A stretch of 64,000 bases of DNA, taken from IMG/VR virus record IMGVR_UViG_3300042508_000526; one strand, written 5' to 3'. A program made the translations under genes and the position numbers. The stretch comes from a virus (taxonomy: Duplodnaviria > Caudoviricetes). The notes under the pieces were generated by a model. That model did no database searches and was not told the origin of the DNA. It worked only from the letters and a program-made list of their open reading frames with translations. Numbering within the stretch: the first letter of the stretch is position 1; each line of letters opens with the position of its first letter. Shown piece after piece: positions 1 through 10,236 of the stretch.

Positions 1-127
1 GCAACTGAAACACATACGGACCCGGCGCGTTAAATTTTCGATCTAGCTGCCACCAGACGCGCGTTGAGCCGCGGACCATATGATCCACGGAAACACGGCG
101 GAACGGGAAAACAGAAGATTGCGGCAT
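1..127 (-). CDS. partial CDS (N-terminus; runs off window), probable virion neck/head-closure region protein
   Basis: ATG at 127 opens MPQSSVFPFRRVSVDHMVRGSTRVWWQLDRKF..., open to the window edge; follows the 189-1181 gene. Confidence 0.5.
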   Translation of the reverse strand, partial: MPQSSVFPFRRVSVDHMVRGSTRVWWQLDRKFNAPGPYVFQL

Positions 128-188
128 GGTTATTTTTGACGTTCAGATGGGTTGAACATAACAAAATCGTGCTGATCCACACGAAACG

Positions 189-1181
189 TCAATAACGAAT
201 TCTGAGCGCGTCTGTATACGCCGAGTACTTGTAGGTCGAAGAAACCTCGCCGTAGCAGTTTTCAAGGTTGATGCTGGCTTTTGTCGCGCGCACCCATTCT
301 CGATACGCTTGCCAGCGAGCCTGTCCGGCGCGCTCGTAGCTGGACTCTTTGTTTTGATCGTTAATCGCTATTCCGGCCGCGTTGTAGTCGAGCTGATTGC
401 GGCGGAACTGTTCCGCAACCATTAAAAACAGGTTGGCGCAAATGCCCTCTAACCAGTGATAGCGGAATGGGAACGTCTGCGTGTTGTACATCGCGTCTAG
501 CGGCGGCGGGATCTCATTCCAGTACATAACCGGCCGAGAAATAGCCAACGCGATCTCGGCGTCATCAAACATTAAGTTATCAAGCAAAAAGCTTTCGTTC
601 GGCGCTGAGTCGCGCAGGTGTAGCCGAATCTCGGCGATGCTGGGCGGACCACCGTATTGGTTTACGTCGCCAAATGTGCTGCGCGCAATAACGAGCGAAA
701 ACGTATTAGAAAAGATGACGCACGGCTGCTGGCTCGTTAGCGCCGGCACACTAACCATGGCCATCTCAGCGTAGTAAACGCCCGGAACGCCCGTCATCGC
801 AGGCGTAAGCGCCGCAGACACCTGCCCGGTTTCCGCGTTTACAATTGTCGCATCAACCTGTACCGGCGCGTTTTGATTACCTAGCGATAGCTGCTCTTTT
901 AGCCGTAAAACGATTTTAAAGTCGTTGTCGTCAACGCAAGGCGCAAGATTTACAGGGCGACCTTCGCGGTCGTGCATTTGCCACGCAATTGTGGCGCACT
1001 GCCCCTGCGTCACCGTGACGGCCCGCATACGTGTAAGAATGGGCTGGCCATTTACTGCCGAAACTGGCGCGCTGATAACGTTTTGCGTTGCGCACGGTAC
1101 GGGCATAACTTGTTGCGCGGTAGTATTACCGTTGCAACACGGGACAATTGGATGCGCGGCAGGTGAAGCGATGACGACCAT
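189..1181 (-). CDS. putative head-tail connector/neck protein with N-terminal Ig-like (BppU-like) domain
   Basis: 330 aa ORF with RBS GGAGG; beta-rich N-half, helical C-half (EIRLHLRD...FDDAEIALAI) typical of adaptor proteins; downstream of capsid cluster. Confidence 0.5.
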   Translation of the reverse strand: MVVIASPAAHPIVPCCNGNTTAQQVMPVPCATQNVISAPVSAVNGQPILTRMRAVTVTQGQCATIAWQMHDREGRPVNLAPCVDDNDFKIVLRLKEQLSLGNQNAPVQVDATIVNAETGQVSAALTPAMTGVPGVYYAEMAMVSVPALTSQQPCVIFSNTFSLVIARSTFGDVNQYGGPPSIAEIRLHLRDSAPNESFLLDNLMFDDAEIALAISRPVMYWNEIPPPLDAMYNTQTFPFRYHWLEGICANLFLMVAEQFRRNQLDYNAAGIAINDQNKESSYERAGQARWQAYREWVRATKASINLENCYGEVSSTYKYSAYTDALRIRY

Positions 1182-1215
1182 GTAAACCTCCGTATTACAG
1201 CGTAAGTATACAAAT

Positions 1216-1249
1216 AAAAACGGCTGGCCGCTTACGCAGCCAGCCGTTT
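1216..1249 (-). terminator. intrinsic terminator after capsid operon
   Basis: minus strand AAACGGCTGGC-TGCGTAAGCG-GCCAGCCGTTT followed by TTATTTG. Confidence 0.75.
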
Positions 1250-1274
1250 AGGAGAGTTTGACGAGGTTTAACGC

Positions 1275-1595
1275 TCAGTCCCAACCTTCCGGGGTTTTTG
1301 TGCCCAGAGTGTCGGCGTCGAGGTTCACCTGATCGATGCTGCCATCGTCTTCGTCGGTGAGGTAAACGGCCGGCGACTTCGTGATAACCAGCGTGCCGTC
1401 TTCAAGAGCGCGCTCAAGCGCCTTGAACTGCCGCTGACCACCGCGACCACCAGCGCCTACCGCGGCCACGAGATCGCCGGGAACGGTGTACGTTCCGTTG
1501 TTGGCGAGTCGCTTGCCGTGGGCACCGAGAAAACCGAACACGCGGGCGGCGCCCGACGTGTTCTTAACTGTCGTGTATAGACCGGGTACTGCCAT
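1275..1595 (-). CDS. hypothetical virion protein
   Basis: 106 aa ORF with GGAG RBS in capsid operon. Confidence 0.7.
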   Translation of the reverse strand: MAVPGLYTTVKNTSGAARVFGFLGAHGKRLANNGTYTVPGDLVAAVGAGGRGGQRQFKALERALEDGTLVITKSPAVYLTDEDDGSIDQVNLDADTLGTKTPEGWD

Positions 1596-1613
1596 TGTTA
1601 TTTACTCCATTCT

Positions 1614-2000
1614 TCAAGATGCGCTTTGCAGAGCCGCAGCGGCAGCCGCTTGCAGAGTCAGAACAGCCTGCGCGATCGCAGGTTGCTCAGCCGCAATGCC
1701 AGCTACGTCGCTGTAGGCAGCCGCTTTTTCAACTGTGCCGCCAAGGCCCGCGGCCGCAAGCATCGCGTCCAGCTGCTTGTTAGCAGCCGAGAGACCCGAC
1801 ACTTGCGCGGCCGCGGCCTTTTCTTGCTCCGCCGTGTAGAGCACATGAAGCTTGGAAGCAGCAGTCCACATCTCTGTGGCCTCGCTCTCCGAGCGCGGAG
1901 CAATTCCGTGCGCGGCAAGCTTCTCGAAGAAATACGGCGCGGCAAGTTCCGCCACGATGGTGGCATACGCTTGCTCTGCCGCCTCTTTAACGTTGTCCAT
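1614..2000 (-). CDS. hypothetical Ala-rich head protein with K-x-A motifs
   Basis: 128 aa ORF, AGGAG RBS, EKAAAA/EKAAAY motifs. Confidence 0.7.
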   Translation of the reverse strand: MDNVKEAAEQAYATIVAELAAPYFFEKLAAHGIAPRSESEATEMWTAASKLHVLYTAEQEKAAAAQVSGLSAANKQLDAMLAAAGLGGTVEKAAAYSDVAGIAAEQPAIAQAVLTLQAAAAAALQSAS

Positions 2001-2034
2001 AACGTGCTCCTTTTGGTTTAAACCTTACACGGCA

Positions 2035-2976
2035 TCACTTGAAGTCGACGCGGGCGAGACCGTTCGTATGGCCGAACGAGCCGCCGGACGTCTGATACGC
2101 AAAGTACTCAAGCATGTAAGCCTCACGACGGATGTACATCGTGGTGGGCTCCAGCTCGTAGTTCTTACCGATGAACTTCGGGCTGGCGAACATGAAGAGC
2201 GAATCGTCGGGGATCAGGTTGCGCTTGATCGTGACGATCCAACGGCAGTTGAGGAAGTTAGTTTCCGCCCAGCCGTTCTTGATGATGTCTTGCGAGAAGT
2301 CACCACCCATTTCGTCGCGACCAAACTTGAGGAGTTCCTTGATCGTGATGTTATTCACGAGGCAGGTTTCAACCTCAAAGTGACTCGGTGTCCGCGGCAT
2401 GACCTTCAGCGCGTCGACGAGCGTCTCACGGGTGATGCCACCCGAGATCTCTTCGTACTGCACCGTGTCCGACAGGGTCACTATCTGGCCGGGAGCCGTA
2501 AGAACCGCATTGAACGCCGCGATAAACTTCGAGTCCTCTTCGGCAAGCATGTCCTTGATCATGTTGTCGCTGAGAACCTGACGGATGTCGATCACGTACG
2601 TACGCAGCTCGTCGACGTCCTTCACAGCGCGGGGCGACACGATCCGGTCAAACATGACGCGGTAGCGCGGGCCACGGATGTAGAAGTTAATCGGGAGCGT
2701 CGCGAACGGAAGCGACACAGCCGCCGGGGAATCGGGTTCTTTGTCCACAACCTTAACGGGCTTGTCAGTATCAACCTGACGGTCAAGCTCGTCGTTGGTG
2801 ATGGTCAGCGGCGGCATGATCCGCCGGTAGAACCCGTCTTCACGCATCTTGGTGCGCGTGAAGTCGTTAACCGCATCGATGGCCTGCTTCTGCATGCCGG
2901 GGGTATCAAGCTGCTCAAAAAGCGTCTCGTTAAGCAGCTGGATTTCTTGCTGAGTGGGCATTTTGGGAACCTCCAT
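2035..2976 (-). CDS. major capsid protein (HK97-fold, putative)
   Basis: 313 aa, strongly biased codon usage, position after protease-scaffold-decoration genes; REDGFYRRIMPP, AEEDSKFIA, FMFASPKFIG segments resemble large-phage capsids. Confidence 0.7.
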   Translation of the reverse strand: MEVPKMPTQQEIQLLNETLFEQLDTPGMQKQAIDAVNDFTRTKMREDGFYRRIMPPLTITNDELDRQVDTDKPVKVVDKEPDSPAAVSLPFATLPINFYIRGPRYRVMFDRIVSPRAVKDVDELRTYVIDIRQVLSDNMIKDMLAEEDSKFIAAFNAVLTAPGQIVTLSDTVQYEEISGGITRETLVDALKVMPRTPSHFEVETCLVNNITIKELLKFGRDEMGGDFSQDIIKNGWAETNFLNCRWIVTIKRNLIPDDSLFMFASPKFIGKNYELEPTTMYIRREAYMLEYFAYQTSGGSFGHTNGLARVDFK

Positions 2977-3001
2977 GTTCCTGAATTAGTTAGGGATTAG
3001 A

Positions 3002-3589
3002 TCACGGATCAATGGTGGCTGCAGTGCCAGCCGGCAGGTACACGCACCAGAACGATAGCGTGGCCACACCGTTGTGATTCTTCGCTGCGCCGCTGGAAAC
3101 GACACCGCAAACCGGATTCACGTACTGGACAGCGTTGCTCTTGGTCAGCACACCCTCGACGGCAGCGCCGCCGGAAGTGGGAGCCGTAAGCAGGTCGCCC
3201 GGGTTATAAACCACGGCCACAGCAGGACTGCCGGACGTCTTCACGTACTCGGTGGTGGCAATTTCATAACCACCGGTAGCAACAAGACCCGACAGCTTGC
3301 CCGAGGGCGAAACCGCTTGGTGCATGAAGTTACCAGCCGCTGTGGTGCCGGGATTGCTGACGTCAGCATCCGACGAGCCGTTCAGCAAGAAAATCGCGAC
3401 GCCCGTGTTAGAAAGGCCCGGAACGAAAACGTCCTTGCCGCCCTCTTTCGAGAGATGCACGACGCGGCCGCGCGGGACATCATAAGTGACTGTGCTCAGC
3501 AGCTTGGCTGAGTAGTCGAGCGACGCCATATCGAACCAGCCCTTTTTGACGTCAAGGCCGTGTTCAAACATAAGATCGGGAGCAGGCAT
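3002..3589 (-). CDS. putative head decoration/cement protein
   Basis: 195 aa beta-rich ORF directly upstream of MCP (YNPGDLLTA, VCGVVS pattern). Confidence 0.55.
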   Translation of the reverse strand: MPAPDLMFEHGLDVKKGWFDMASLDYSAKLLSTVTYDVPRGRVVHLSKEGGKDVFVPGLSNTGVAIFLLNGSSDADVSNPGTTAAGNFMHQAVSPSGKLSGLVATGGYEIATTEYVKTSGSPAVAVVYNPGDLLTAPTSGGAAVEGVLTKSNAVQYVNPVCGVVSSGAAKNHNGVATLSFWCVYLPAGTAATIDP

Positions 3590-3645
3590 TGTTAGACCTC
3601 CGTGTCTTTAATCAATTGGAAACGTGTTCCGTGAAGGGGACGAAA

Positions 3646-4068
3646 TCAGGCAGTGGGCGGATTGAGACCAAGGCCAGTGAACAACTTCACATCGGAAGCC
3701 TTGAGGCGACCATCGCGGGCACCCACATACCCGCTCGTCAGACTGTTCGTCGGATCATAACCAGCGGTCTTTGTGGCCACCGGCGTACCGAGACGCGCCA
3801 TTTCAGCGGCGTTACGATGCGACGCTAATTTGACGACAAGTTCCATAGTGCGCACCGGATCTTGAAGCGCCGCAGCGAGCGCTTCCTTCTGGTGAGCTTC
3901 AATCCGCTCGTTATCCACGCACGCCTTTACGGCTTCGGGGATCAGGTGAGCGAGCTTTTCAGCAGCCTCATCCTGCGCCTTTTGGGCGGCGGCGGCTTTG
4001 GTCATCGCGGCATCGGAGTAACCGATGTAGTCGATGATTTTCTGTACGAGCGCGTTAGTTTCGGCCAT
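3646..4068 (-). CDS. hypothetical head-assembly protein
   Basis: 140 aa helical ORF between scaffold and decoration genes; TKAAA, TKTAG motifs. Confidence 0.65.
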   Translation of the reverse strand: MAETNALVQKIIDYIGYSDAAMTKAAAAQKAQDEAAEKLAHLIPEAVKACVDNERIEAHQKEALAAALQDPVRTMELVVKLASHRNAAEMARLGTPVATKTAGYDPTNSLTSGYVGARDGRLKASDVKLFTGLGLNPPTA

Positions 4069-4088
4069 AGTAAAAAACCTCCGTGTAA

Positions 4089-5438
4089 TCAGCGATTCAC
4101 AAGTTCAAGCACATGCTGCTTCATCATGTCCCGCAGTTCGCGCGAACGCTTTGTGCGGGCCTCTTTAACTTGAAACCGACCAGCGCGCTTGAAGTTGACA
4201 ACAGCACGACCAATCGCGTCTAAGTCTTTAGCAGCGGCAGTCTTCGGGGCTTCGGGCATCGGGGCAGCTTCGGGAGCGGGGCCGGCTTCGCCGCCCATAC
4301 CGCCACCCATGCCGCCTTCTTGCACAGCTTGCAGCAAGGCTTCGGGCGGGATGCCAAGCTCTTCAAGAGCCATCGCTAGCTCTTGCACAGCCTCGTCTTC
4401 CGACGGCTCGCCACCTTCACCAGCAGCTTCGGGCGCCATCTCGCCGCCTTCGCCGCCCATCATGGCTTCAAGACCAGCCGGAGCGCCACCAGCTTCGGCA
4501 GCCGGGGCGTCACTCATACCAGACGCAGCATCGCCCGGGGCAGAATGATCTTCGCCCTCAGCGGCTTCTTCAGTCGGATCAGCACCGGCTGTCTTAGCGT
4601 TTAAAAAACCGATGAACAGGTCAGCCATTTCATCGGCGTCGCGGAGCGTGTTAGCGCACACCTCGCGAACCGAGGCTTCAGCAGCAGCCTTGTCCATGCC
4701 AAGAGCAGCGGCAAGTTCATAGCCGGCTTTGAAAGCAGCTTCTTTGCCCGACCGCAGCGCAGCGAGATCAGAACCCTCGATCTTACCGTCGTTGTCCGTG
4801 TCGAGCTTGTGCTGATCACCCTTTAAACCGCTGCCGGAGTGCTCGGCTTTCTCCTCAGCGGGAGACTCTTTTTTTTCTTCGGCCTTTTCTTTCAGGAAAG
4901 CCGGCATCTCAGCCGCCTTCTCGTTTACAAGCTTGCCGGTACCGAAATTGATCAGGTTGGCAAGAATATCGTTACCAAGCGAAGCAGCGCGGTCACGAGC
5001 TTCCTTGAACGAGACAGACGAGTACTTCTCGCCGTCATCCGCCTTCACCGGCGAAGAAGTGCCGGGATCGTCTTTCGTGCCCTTAAAGTCTTTTTCATTG
5101 GACGGGTCTTCGCCGGTCGCCTTAGCAGTCACGCCGATGTTTGTCTGCACATCGTCTTGACGACCTTCTTGCGACATCTCCGGTGTGTTGTCGACAGAGA
5201 GAGCACCTTGCTGCTTCTTGATGTCGGACTCGTACTCAGAAGCGCGCGCACCGGTGTTAGCGTTTTGAACGCCGTTGTCGGCGCTAGTAGTCGGGTGCGA
5301 GGAGGCGCCTTGATAACCGCCCGGATCGGCAGGCACGGGGCCAGCAGATTTTTCGGCCGCCGTCTTCACGGGGCTCTGCGAGATCTCTTCGGCGAGAGCG
5401 TTAAGTTGAGCGAACAGTGAACGTTGCATCCGTGCCAT
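4089..5438 (-). CDS. putative capsid scaffolding protein
   Basis: 449 aa acidic low-complexity protein between protease and capsid genes; many K-x-A motifs; one EF-hand-like DTDNDGKIEGSDL segment. Confidence 0.6.
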   Translation of the reverse strand: MARMQRSLFAQLNALAEEISQSPVKTAAEKSAGPVPADPGGYQGASSHPTTSADNGVQNANTGARASEYESDIKKQQGALSVDNTPEMSQEGRQDDVQTNIGVTAKATGEDPSNEKDFKGTKDDPGTSSPVKADDGEKYSSVSFKEARDRAASLGNDILANLINFGTGKLVNEKAAEMPAFLKEKAEEKKESPAEEKAEHSGSGLKGDQHKLDTDNDGKIEGSDLAALRSGKEAAFKAGYELAAALGMDKAAAEASVREVCANTLRDADEMADLFIGFLNAKTAGADPTEEAAEGEDHSAPGDAASGMSDAPAAEAGGAPAGLEAMMGGEGGEMAPEAAGEGGEPSEDEAVQELAMALEELGIPPEALLQAVQEGGMGGGMGGEAGPAPEAAPMPEAPKTAAAKDLDAIGRAVVNFKRAGRFQVKEARTKRSRELRDMMKQHVLELVNR

Positions 5439-5481
5439 GACTTTCTCCTTTAGGGCCTAACCGTTTCCGATTAGCTTCCGT

Positions 5482-6933
5482 TCATGTGACATAATTTTGC
5501 AATACACAGTGGTTTGCTGTCAACCAATGATTCCCGTGTTTTTCACAAATGGCAGCATAAGCAGCAATCTTATACAGCGCGTAGTGTTGTGCAAGAGCTG
5601 TTTCAGCTGCTCCACTGGCTTGTTTATACGACGGAAACTCATCAGACTGAACACCGCGAAGAACCGCTAAATAAGCACGTTTCTCTACGTTGGTCAGTAA
5701 TACGCTATGGGTGTGTGCTAGTTTTTCTGCCCATACACGTGCACTTGGCGACGCAGCAGGAGCAGGATAGTAGGCGTTGTTTTCTAGTAGCTTAACGACA
5801 TCCGCGTCGTTGGCTAACTTCGAAAATATGTTAGGCAGCGCATTAACCACTGCACTAACAAGTCTCGCATCGGCGGTCTTTACTGTCAACGCTAAAAAGT
5901 CCCGCACAGGCAGAACTACTCCGGCGTCGGCAAGGCCGCGCAACACTTCGGATATTTTAACAGAATAGCAGGCATTTACATCAATAGGTGTTTGCACAGC
6001 CGGCGATGACGCCAGCGCCACCTGCGCCCAGCTATGCCCGGCAGTCGCTGTTTTCTCAGCCGCCGCCAGTTGTGTTAACGCCTCTAACTGCTGCTGTACC
6101 CGCGGTAAAAGCGGCTCGCCGCTGAAGTTAATAGGCGCGGTTACACCCAGCTGCTCGGCGAGTTCGGACCCGGATAGACAACCTGCTGCGGCAGCCTTGA
6201 GCTGCCCAGAGACATAAGCGATCCTGTCAGCCGGCCGGAAAACGTGAGAAATATCAAAAAACGTGGGGTTTGGGTTGTCGGCGTGCAGGACGTGCCCGTC
6301 TTCAAGCACGCGCCCCATGTTGTGCCGCAAGCCGCCGGCTTTACAGTGGCCGCCGCGCTCAACAGAGTCGCAGTACTCTGCGCGCGTCTTGGCTTTGTTT
6401 CCGCACGACGAGCACTTATCGAATGGAATCTTGCAGGCCATGGACACAGCGATGTCGTCGCCCTTAGCCAGCTTTTCTAGTTCCTTGTCGGCAATAAGTC
6501 CGCCGTTTCGATCCGCCGCTTCTTTACTTCCGTTTAGAGCGACGACTAACTCAATTCGCTTCATCGGCTCGTGGTACGCCGACGCTTTTACTAAGCCGAA
6601 AGACTTTGCCGGGTTCTTATTGGCGTGGTCGCGATAGAACCGCGCAAACTTCTCAAACGTTTGGTGGTAGTTACGGCAACAATCGCGCGTAAATCCGTCA
6701 CCGTTTCGGTTCGGTCCGTAGTCCTCAGTAGCGCCGATGGCGATCATATGCACCGGCACTTCGTCTTTGGCAAACTTGATGTTCTCAAGTTTATGCGCAA
6801 ATTCAGCGCCGGCGCGCTTAACAAGCTCTTGGCGATCAGTGCCGATAATGCCGCGGCTTGATACTTTTATCAAAGCGGCTACGGGCTCGCTAAAATCCTG
6901 CGCATGCGGTTGAATGACTTTAATCATGCTCAT
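5482..6933 (-). CDS. putative prohead (maturation) protease
   Basis: 483 aa; GPNRNGDGF, YRDHANK, VSMAC, FFDISHV pattern of prohead-protease-type folds, with a CxxC..C..C insert; canonical position upstream of scaffold/MCP. Confidence 0.6.
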   Translation of the reverse strand: MSMIKVIQPHAQDFSEPVAALIKVSSRGIIGTDRQELVKRAGAEFAHKLENIKFAKDEVPVHMIAIGATEDYGPNRNGDGFTRDCCRNYHQTFEKFARFYRDHANKNPAKSFGLVKASAYHEPMKRIELVVALNGSKEAADRNGGLIADKELEKLAKGDDIAVSMACKIPFDKCSSCGNKAKTRAEYCDSVERGGHCKAGGLRHNMGRVLEDGHVLHADNPNPTFFDISHVFRPADRIAYVSGQLKAAAAGCLSGSELAEQLGVTAPINFSGEPLLPRVQQQLEALTQLAAAEKTATAGHSWAQVALASSPAVQTPIDVNACYSVKISEVLRGLADAGVVLPVRDFLALTVKTADARLVSAVVNALPNIFSKLANDADVVKLLENNAYYPAPAASPSARVWAEKLAHTHSVLLTNVEKRAYLAVLRGVQSDEFPSYKQASGAAETALAQHYALYKIAAYAAICEKHGNHWLTANHCVLQNYVT

Positions 6934-6935
6934 AG

Positions 6936-7916
6936 TTATTCACCTGCGGCTGCGCCGCTGCTAAAGCTGTTCAATGCCGCCGGCCCGGCCAGCGCGCCTA
7001 GCAGCGGCAGACCTAAACCCACAAGACCGCCGCCGCGACGGGGTAACCGGCGCAGCGCCTGTCGCAGCTGCGCGCCCGTTAGCTTGCGGCCGGCAGTGCC
7101 GACGCCAGCAGCCGGTTCGGCGGCGATGGCAGTTAAAACGTTTGCCGCGTCATCTGCGTTGCGTCCAAAAAGGCCGCCAAAGAAGTTACCGCGAGCAGTA
7201 TTTCTCGCGGACTGTACGCGCCCCGCTACGGCAGACGGCGACGTAATACCGGCATCTTCTAGGTGCATGCCGACGTCGCGGGCAAGATGATCTTGTCCGC
7301 GCGCCAATGCCTGCAACCGGCCCATTAACGTTGGGTTGTTTACTGGCGGAGCGGCGCGGAGCCGATCTGTTAAATTTTCTGTGATTTTTGTAGCGCCGCT
7401 GGTTGAACGCAGGCTGTCAACGGTTGGCTGCAGTTGTTTGGCAATGGCTGGATCAGCTGCGAGCAGACGGTCTAACTTGCCGTGCGCGTCGATTGCATTG
7501 GCCACTTGCCGGCCGCCGTAAGCGCCAGCACCGGATGCCGCAAGGCCGGCGACTGCGTTAGCCGGGTTATTGTCGTACTTAGCTTCCGCTACAGCTGCAG
7601 GCGGTGTTGCCGGCGTTAGCAGCATGTTCTTTGCCGCCGTAGCCCCGAGTCCGCCGAGGCCGCCCATGAGTGCGTAGTCCAGCGTGGCGCGGCGCTTCTT
7701 CTTACCCTGCAGCATGCCAATAAGCCCACCAGCACCGGCGCCGATCAAGGCGTTTTGGGTGTACGGGCTGCTGAGCACGTCTTTCAGCTCAAGCGCCTCT
7801 TTTTCAAAGTGCAGATCAACTACAGCGGCAGCAAGTTTACTGCGTTCGGGCACCGGTTCGCCCAGCGCAATGCCGGACAGGCCACGAGCAAGTTGTTTTG
7901 CGTCATCTGTGTGCAT
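6936..7916 (-). CDS. Gly-zipper virion (internal head) protein
   Basis: 326 aa; EKEAL motif then GAGAGGLIG/GGLGGLG hydrophobic helices. Confidence 0.6.
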   Translation of the reverse strand: MHTDDAKQLARGLSGIALGEPVPERSKLAAAVVDLHFEKEALELKDVLSSPYTQNALIGAGAGGLIGMLQGKKKRRATLDYALMGGLGGLGATAAKNMLLTPATPPAAVAEAKYDNNPANAVAGLAASGAGAYGGRQVANAIDAHGKLDRLLAADPAIAKQLQPTVDSLRSTSGATKITENLTDRLRAAPPVNNPTLMGRLQALARGQDHLARDVGMHLEDAGITSPSAVAGRVQSARNTARGNFFGGLFGRNADDAANVLTAIAAEPAAGVGTAGRKLTGAQLRQALRRLPRRGGGLVGLGLPLLGALAGPAALNSFSSGAAAGE

Positions 7917-7925
7917 GGCTAAATC

Positions 7926-9305
7926 CTAGATCAGTTCGCGCGCCTTGGTTTGCGCTTCGAGGTTGGCCTTTAGACTTTCAGCGCGCAGCTTTTCCATCTC
8001 AATCATCTGCTTAACGTCGAAATCGGCGAGCTGACCAGCTTCTAACCGCTTGCGCAAAAGAGCCTGCATAGCCGCGCTAGATCCTGTGAAATTTGGCGCC
8101 ATCTCGGCAATTTGGTTATACGCGCTGGCCACTTCGTGCGGATCGTAACCCGAGATAACTGGGTCGTTTAAAATCAGATCATTTAACACGCCGCGCGACT
8201 TTATCTGCTGCAACCTGTTCTCATGATCAGAGTCCGAAATGCGCATGTATGCTTTTTCTTTTTGCGCTTTCGGGTCGCCTGCCGCATCCGCTTTCGCGAG
8301 GGCAGCTTGAGGGCCCATGATTTTGCCCATGTGCGAAATTACACCGCTATACGAGCCTAGCGGGGCCGGTTCGGGTTGCTCAGGTTTTTTTTTACCTTTA
8401 GCGGCGACGGCGGCCACTTTTAGGGCCAACGGCGCAGTTTTAGCGTCGTATAGAATTGAGCCAGTTACTACTTCCGGCGCAGCCTTCGGGGTTTGCGCAG
8501 AAGCCGTTTTTTGCGAAACGTTGCGCTGGGCGTCGTTGTACGCTGTAACGTCGCGCACTACCTGCTCGACTAACGTCACAACAGGCAACGTACCGAAGTA
8601 GTCGTTTTTCGTCGTAGCCTGTTTTGCTAGGTGCGGATAAACAGCCGCAACTTTCTGCAACACCGATACGCCGGTCTCGCCAAGACGCAAGCCGACTTCG
8701 CGCAGCGCATCGTTAAACGACATGTTGCCGGGCACACGGAAATACTCGCAGAGCTTTTCCATGCTCGCAGCAGCTTTCGAGTGCGCGGCGGTGGCCTGTC
8801 GCCGCAGTTCTTCAGCGGCGCGCTTTTCCGCGACGCGCTGGCTGTACTCGCGGCGAGCTGCGGACAGCTCATCACGCGGCGCGGGCGTCCACGTGCTGGC
8901 GGGCAACTCATACTTAGCCGCAGCCGCTTTTTGCTGCGCGGCAGCGCGACGACCAATAAAGCCGGCCGGCGACACAGCGTATTCTGTTGAAACTGTCGTG
9001 TCTTGGCGCAGCTCTGCTGACGTTTTAACTTGCGCCGGATACAGAGCAGCCATTACCTTATTCGCGTCGGCTAACTGAAAATCAGCCGCCTTCTCTACTG
9101 CGTCTTCGCCCTGTTCGCGCTGTTTGTTTGTGCGGCCTGTGTTGTACGCGTGCACCATAAGATTAATGTGCCCGGCGGGAACATTAGCGTCGCTGGCGCT
9201 TTTGATGATGGCGTCATTCGGCGACGCGCCATCGTTTACAAGTGACGCCGCGCGCTCAATTGCGCTGATCAGTTTCTGCTCAGCTTCTTTACTTAATGCC
9301 CGCAT
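7926..9305 (-). CDS. putative virion structural protein with multiple K-x-A motifs
   Basis: ORF track 7926-9374; likely start MRALSKE at 9305 after GGAG; IKSAS, EKAAD, KTSAE, QKTAS motifs. Confidence 0.65.
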   Translation of the reverse strand: MRALSKEAEQKLISAIERAASLVNDGASPNDAIIKSASDANVPAGHINLMVHAYNTGRTNKQREQGEDAVEKAADFQLADANKVMAALYPAQVKTSAELRQDTTVSTEYAVSPAGFIGRRAAAQQKAAAAKYELPASTWTPAPRDELSAARREYSQRVAEKRAAEELRRQATAAHSKAAASMEKLCEYFRVPGNMSFNDALREVGLRLGETGVSVLQKVAAVYPHLAKQATTKNDYFGTLPVVTLVEQVVRDVTAYNDAQRNVSQKTASAQTPKAAPEVVTGSILYDAKTAPLALKVAAVAAKGKKKPEQPEPAPLGSYSGVISHMGKIMGPQAALAKADAAGDPKAQKEKAYMRISDSDHENRLQQIKSRGVLNDLILNDPVISGYDPHEVASAYNQIAEMAPNFTGSSAAMQALLRKRLEAGQLADFDVKQMIEMEKLRAESLKANLEAQTKARELI

Positions 9306-10236
9306 TGTTAATCTCCGGATAATGCAAAGCTTCGATGGTTGTTTGGTTATCCAACTTCCCGCCGACAGCCACAACCATTAGTTCATCGTTTCTTAATTCA
9401 GCGGCGTTATTATCATAAGGTAACATTTTTCTGGCTTCGGAATCTAGCTTTGTACCGACGCCAAACGGCAGCGACGAGAGCATTGCGCCTATATTTTCAA
9501 CAATTGTGGTGTGGGCTTTGCTCGCGTTGTCCGTGTTCCGCTCGATCTCGACATATTTTACAAAAGAATCGATTAGCGGTAACTGGGTATGAGTATTAAC
9601 TGGCACGCTGAGGCTGGCAAGGGCGGCTTTGTACTTCATGCAGCTAACCGCCATGTCCTGAAAGTAACTAGAAACGCCGTCCGGCCCTTCTGGCCGCGGA
9701 ATTGCGCCAAATTTATTTATCACCGCATCAATGACATGCGTGCCGCCACGAAACCCCAGCAATTTCCACAGTAAGTCGTAGTGCCGCTCCTGAAGCCCGC
9801 GCGTCACCGCCTCAGCCATGATTACATTTTGCACGTAATCCATGTTGTCGAGCTTTTCGCGCACGTCGAAAAACGTGTTGATATAAGCGGCGATTACCTC
9901 TGTTTTTGTGCCAACGCGTTGAGCGATTTCTTCGTCCGTCTGCCCCGCCAAAACACGCGCCTCGATTCCCCAGCGTGTTGGCGTTTTATCTTCACTCCAA
10001 ATTGTGTGCGCCCAGTACAGGTCGGGGTCTCGGTGAAGGATGGCGTAAAGAGACTGCGGGCGATTGTTTGCGCGCTCAAAGTGCCGTTTAAGCGTCACGG
10101 CACGGCGAATCCATTTAAAACCGTCCGGCCCGTCGATTGTCCGTGACGCGCGAAAACCACCGCTATCAATTTCAATCGCGCGCAGCCACCTCCAGTTTGG
10201 CGCGCGGCGCGGACTGTCGCGTAACGAGTTGTTCAT
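9289..10236 (-). CDS. hypothetical protein
   Basis: 315 aa globular-looking ORF, translationally coupled to neighbours. Confidence 0.7.
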   Translation of the reverse strand: MNNSLRDSPRRAPNWRWLRAIEIDSGGFRASRTIDGPDGFKWIRRAVTLKRHFERANNRPQSLYAILHRDPDLYWAHTIWSEDKTPTRWGIEARVLAGQTDEEIAQRVGTKTEVIAAYINTFFDVREKLDNMDYVQNVIMAEAVTRGLQERHYDLLWKLLGFRGGTHVIDAVINKFGAIPRPEGPDGVSSYFQDMAVSCMKYKAALASLSVPVNTHTQLPLIDSFVKYVEIERNTDNASKAHTTIVENIGAMLSSLPFGVGTKLDSEARKMLPYDNNAAELRNDELMVVAVGGKLDNQTTIEALHYPEINNAGIK

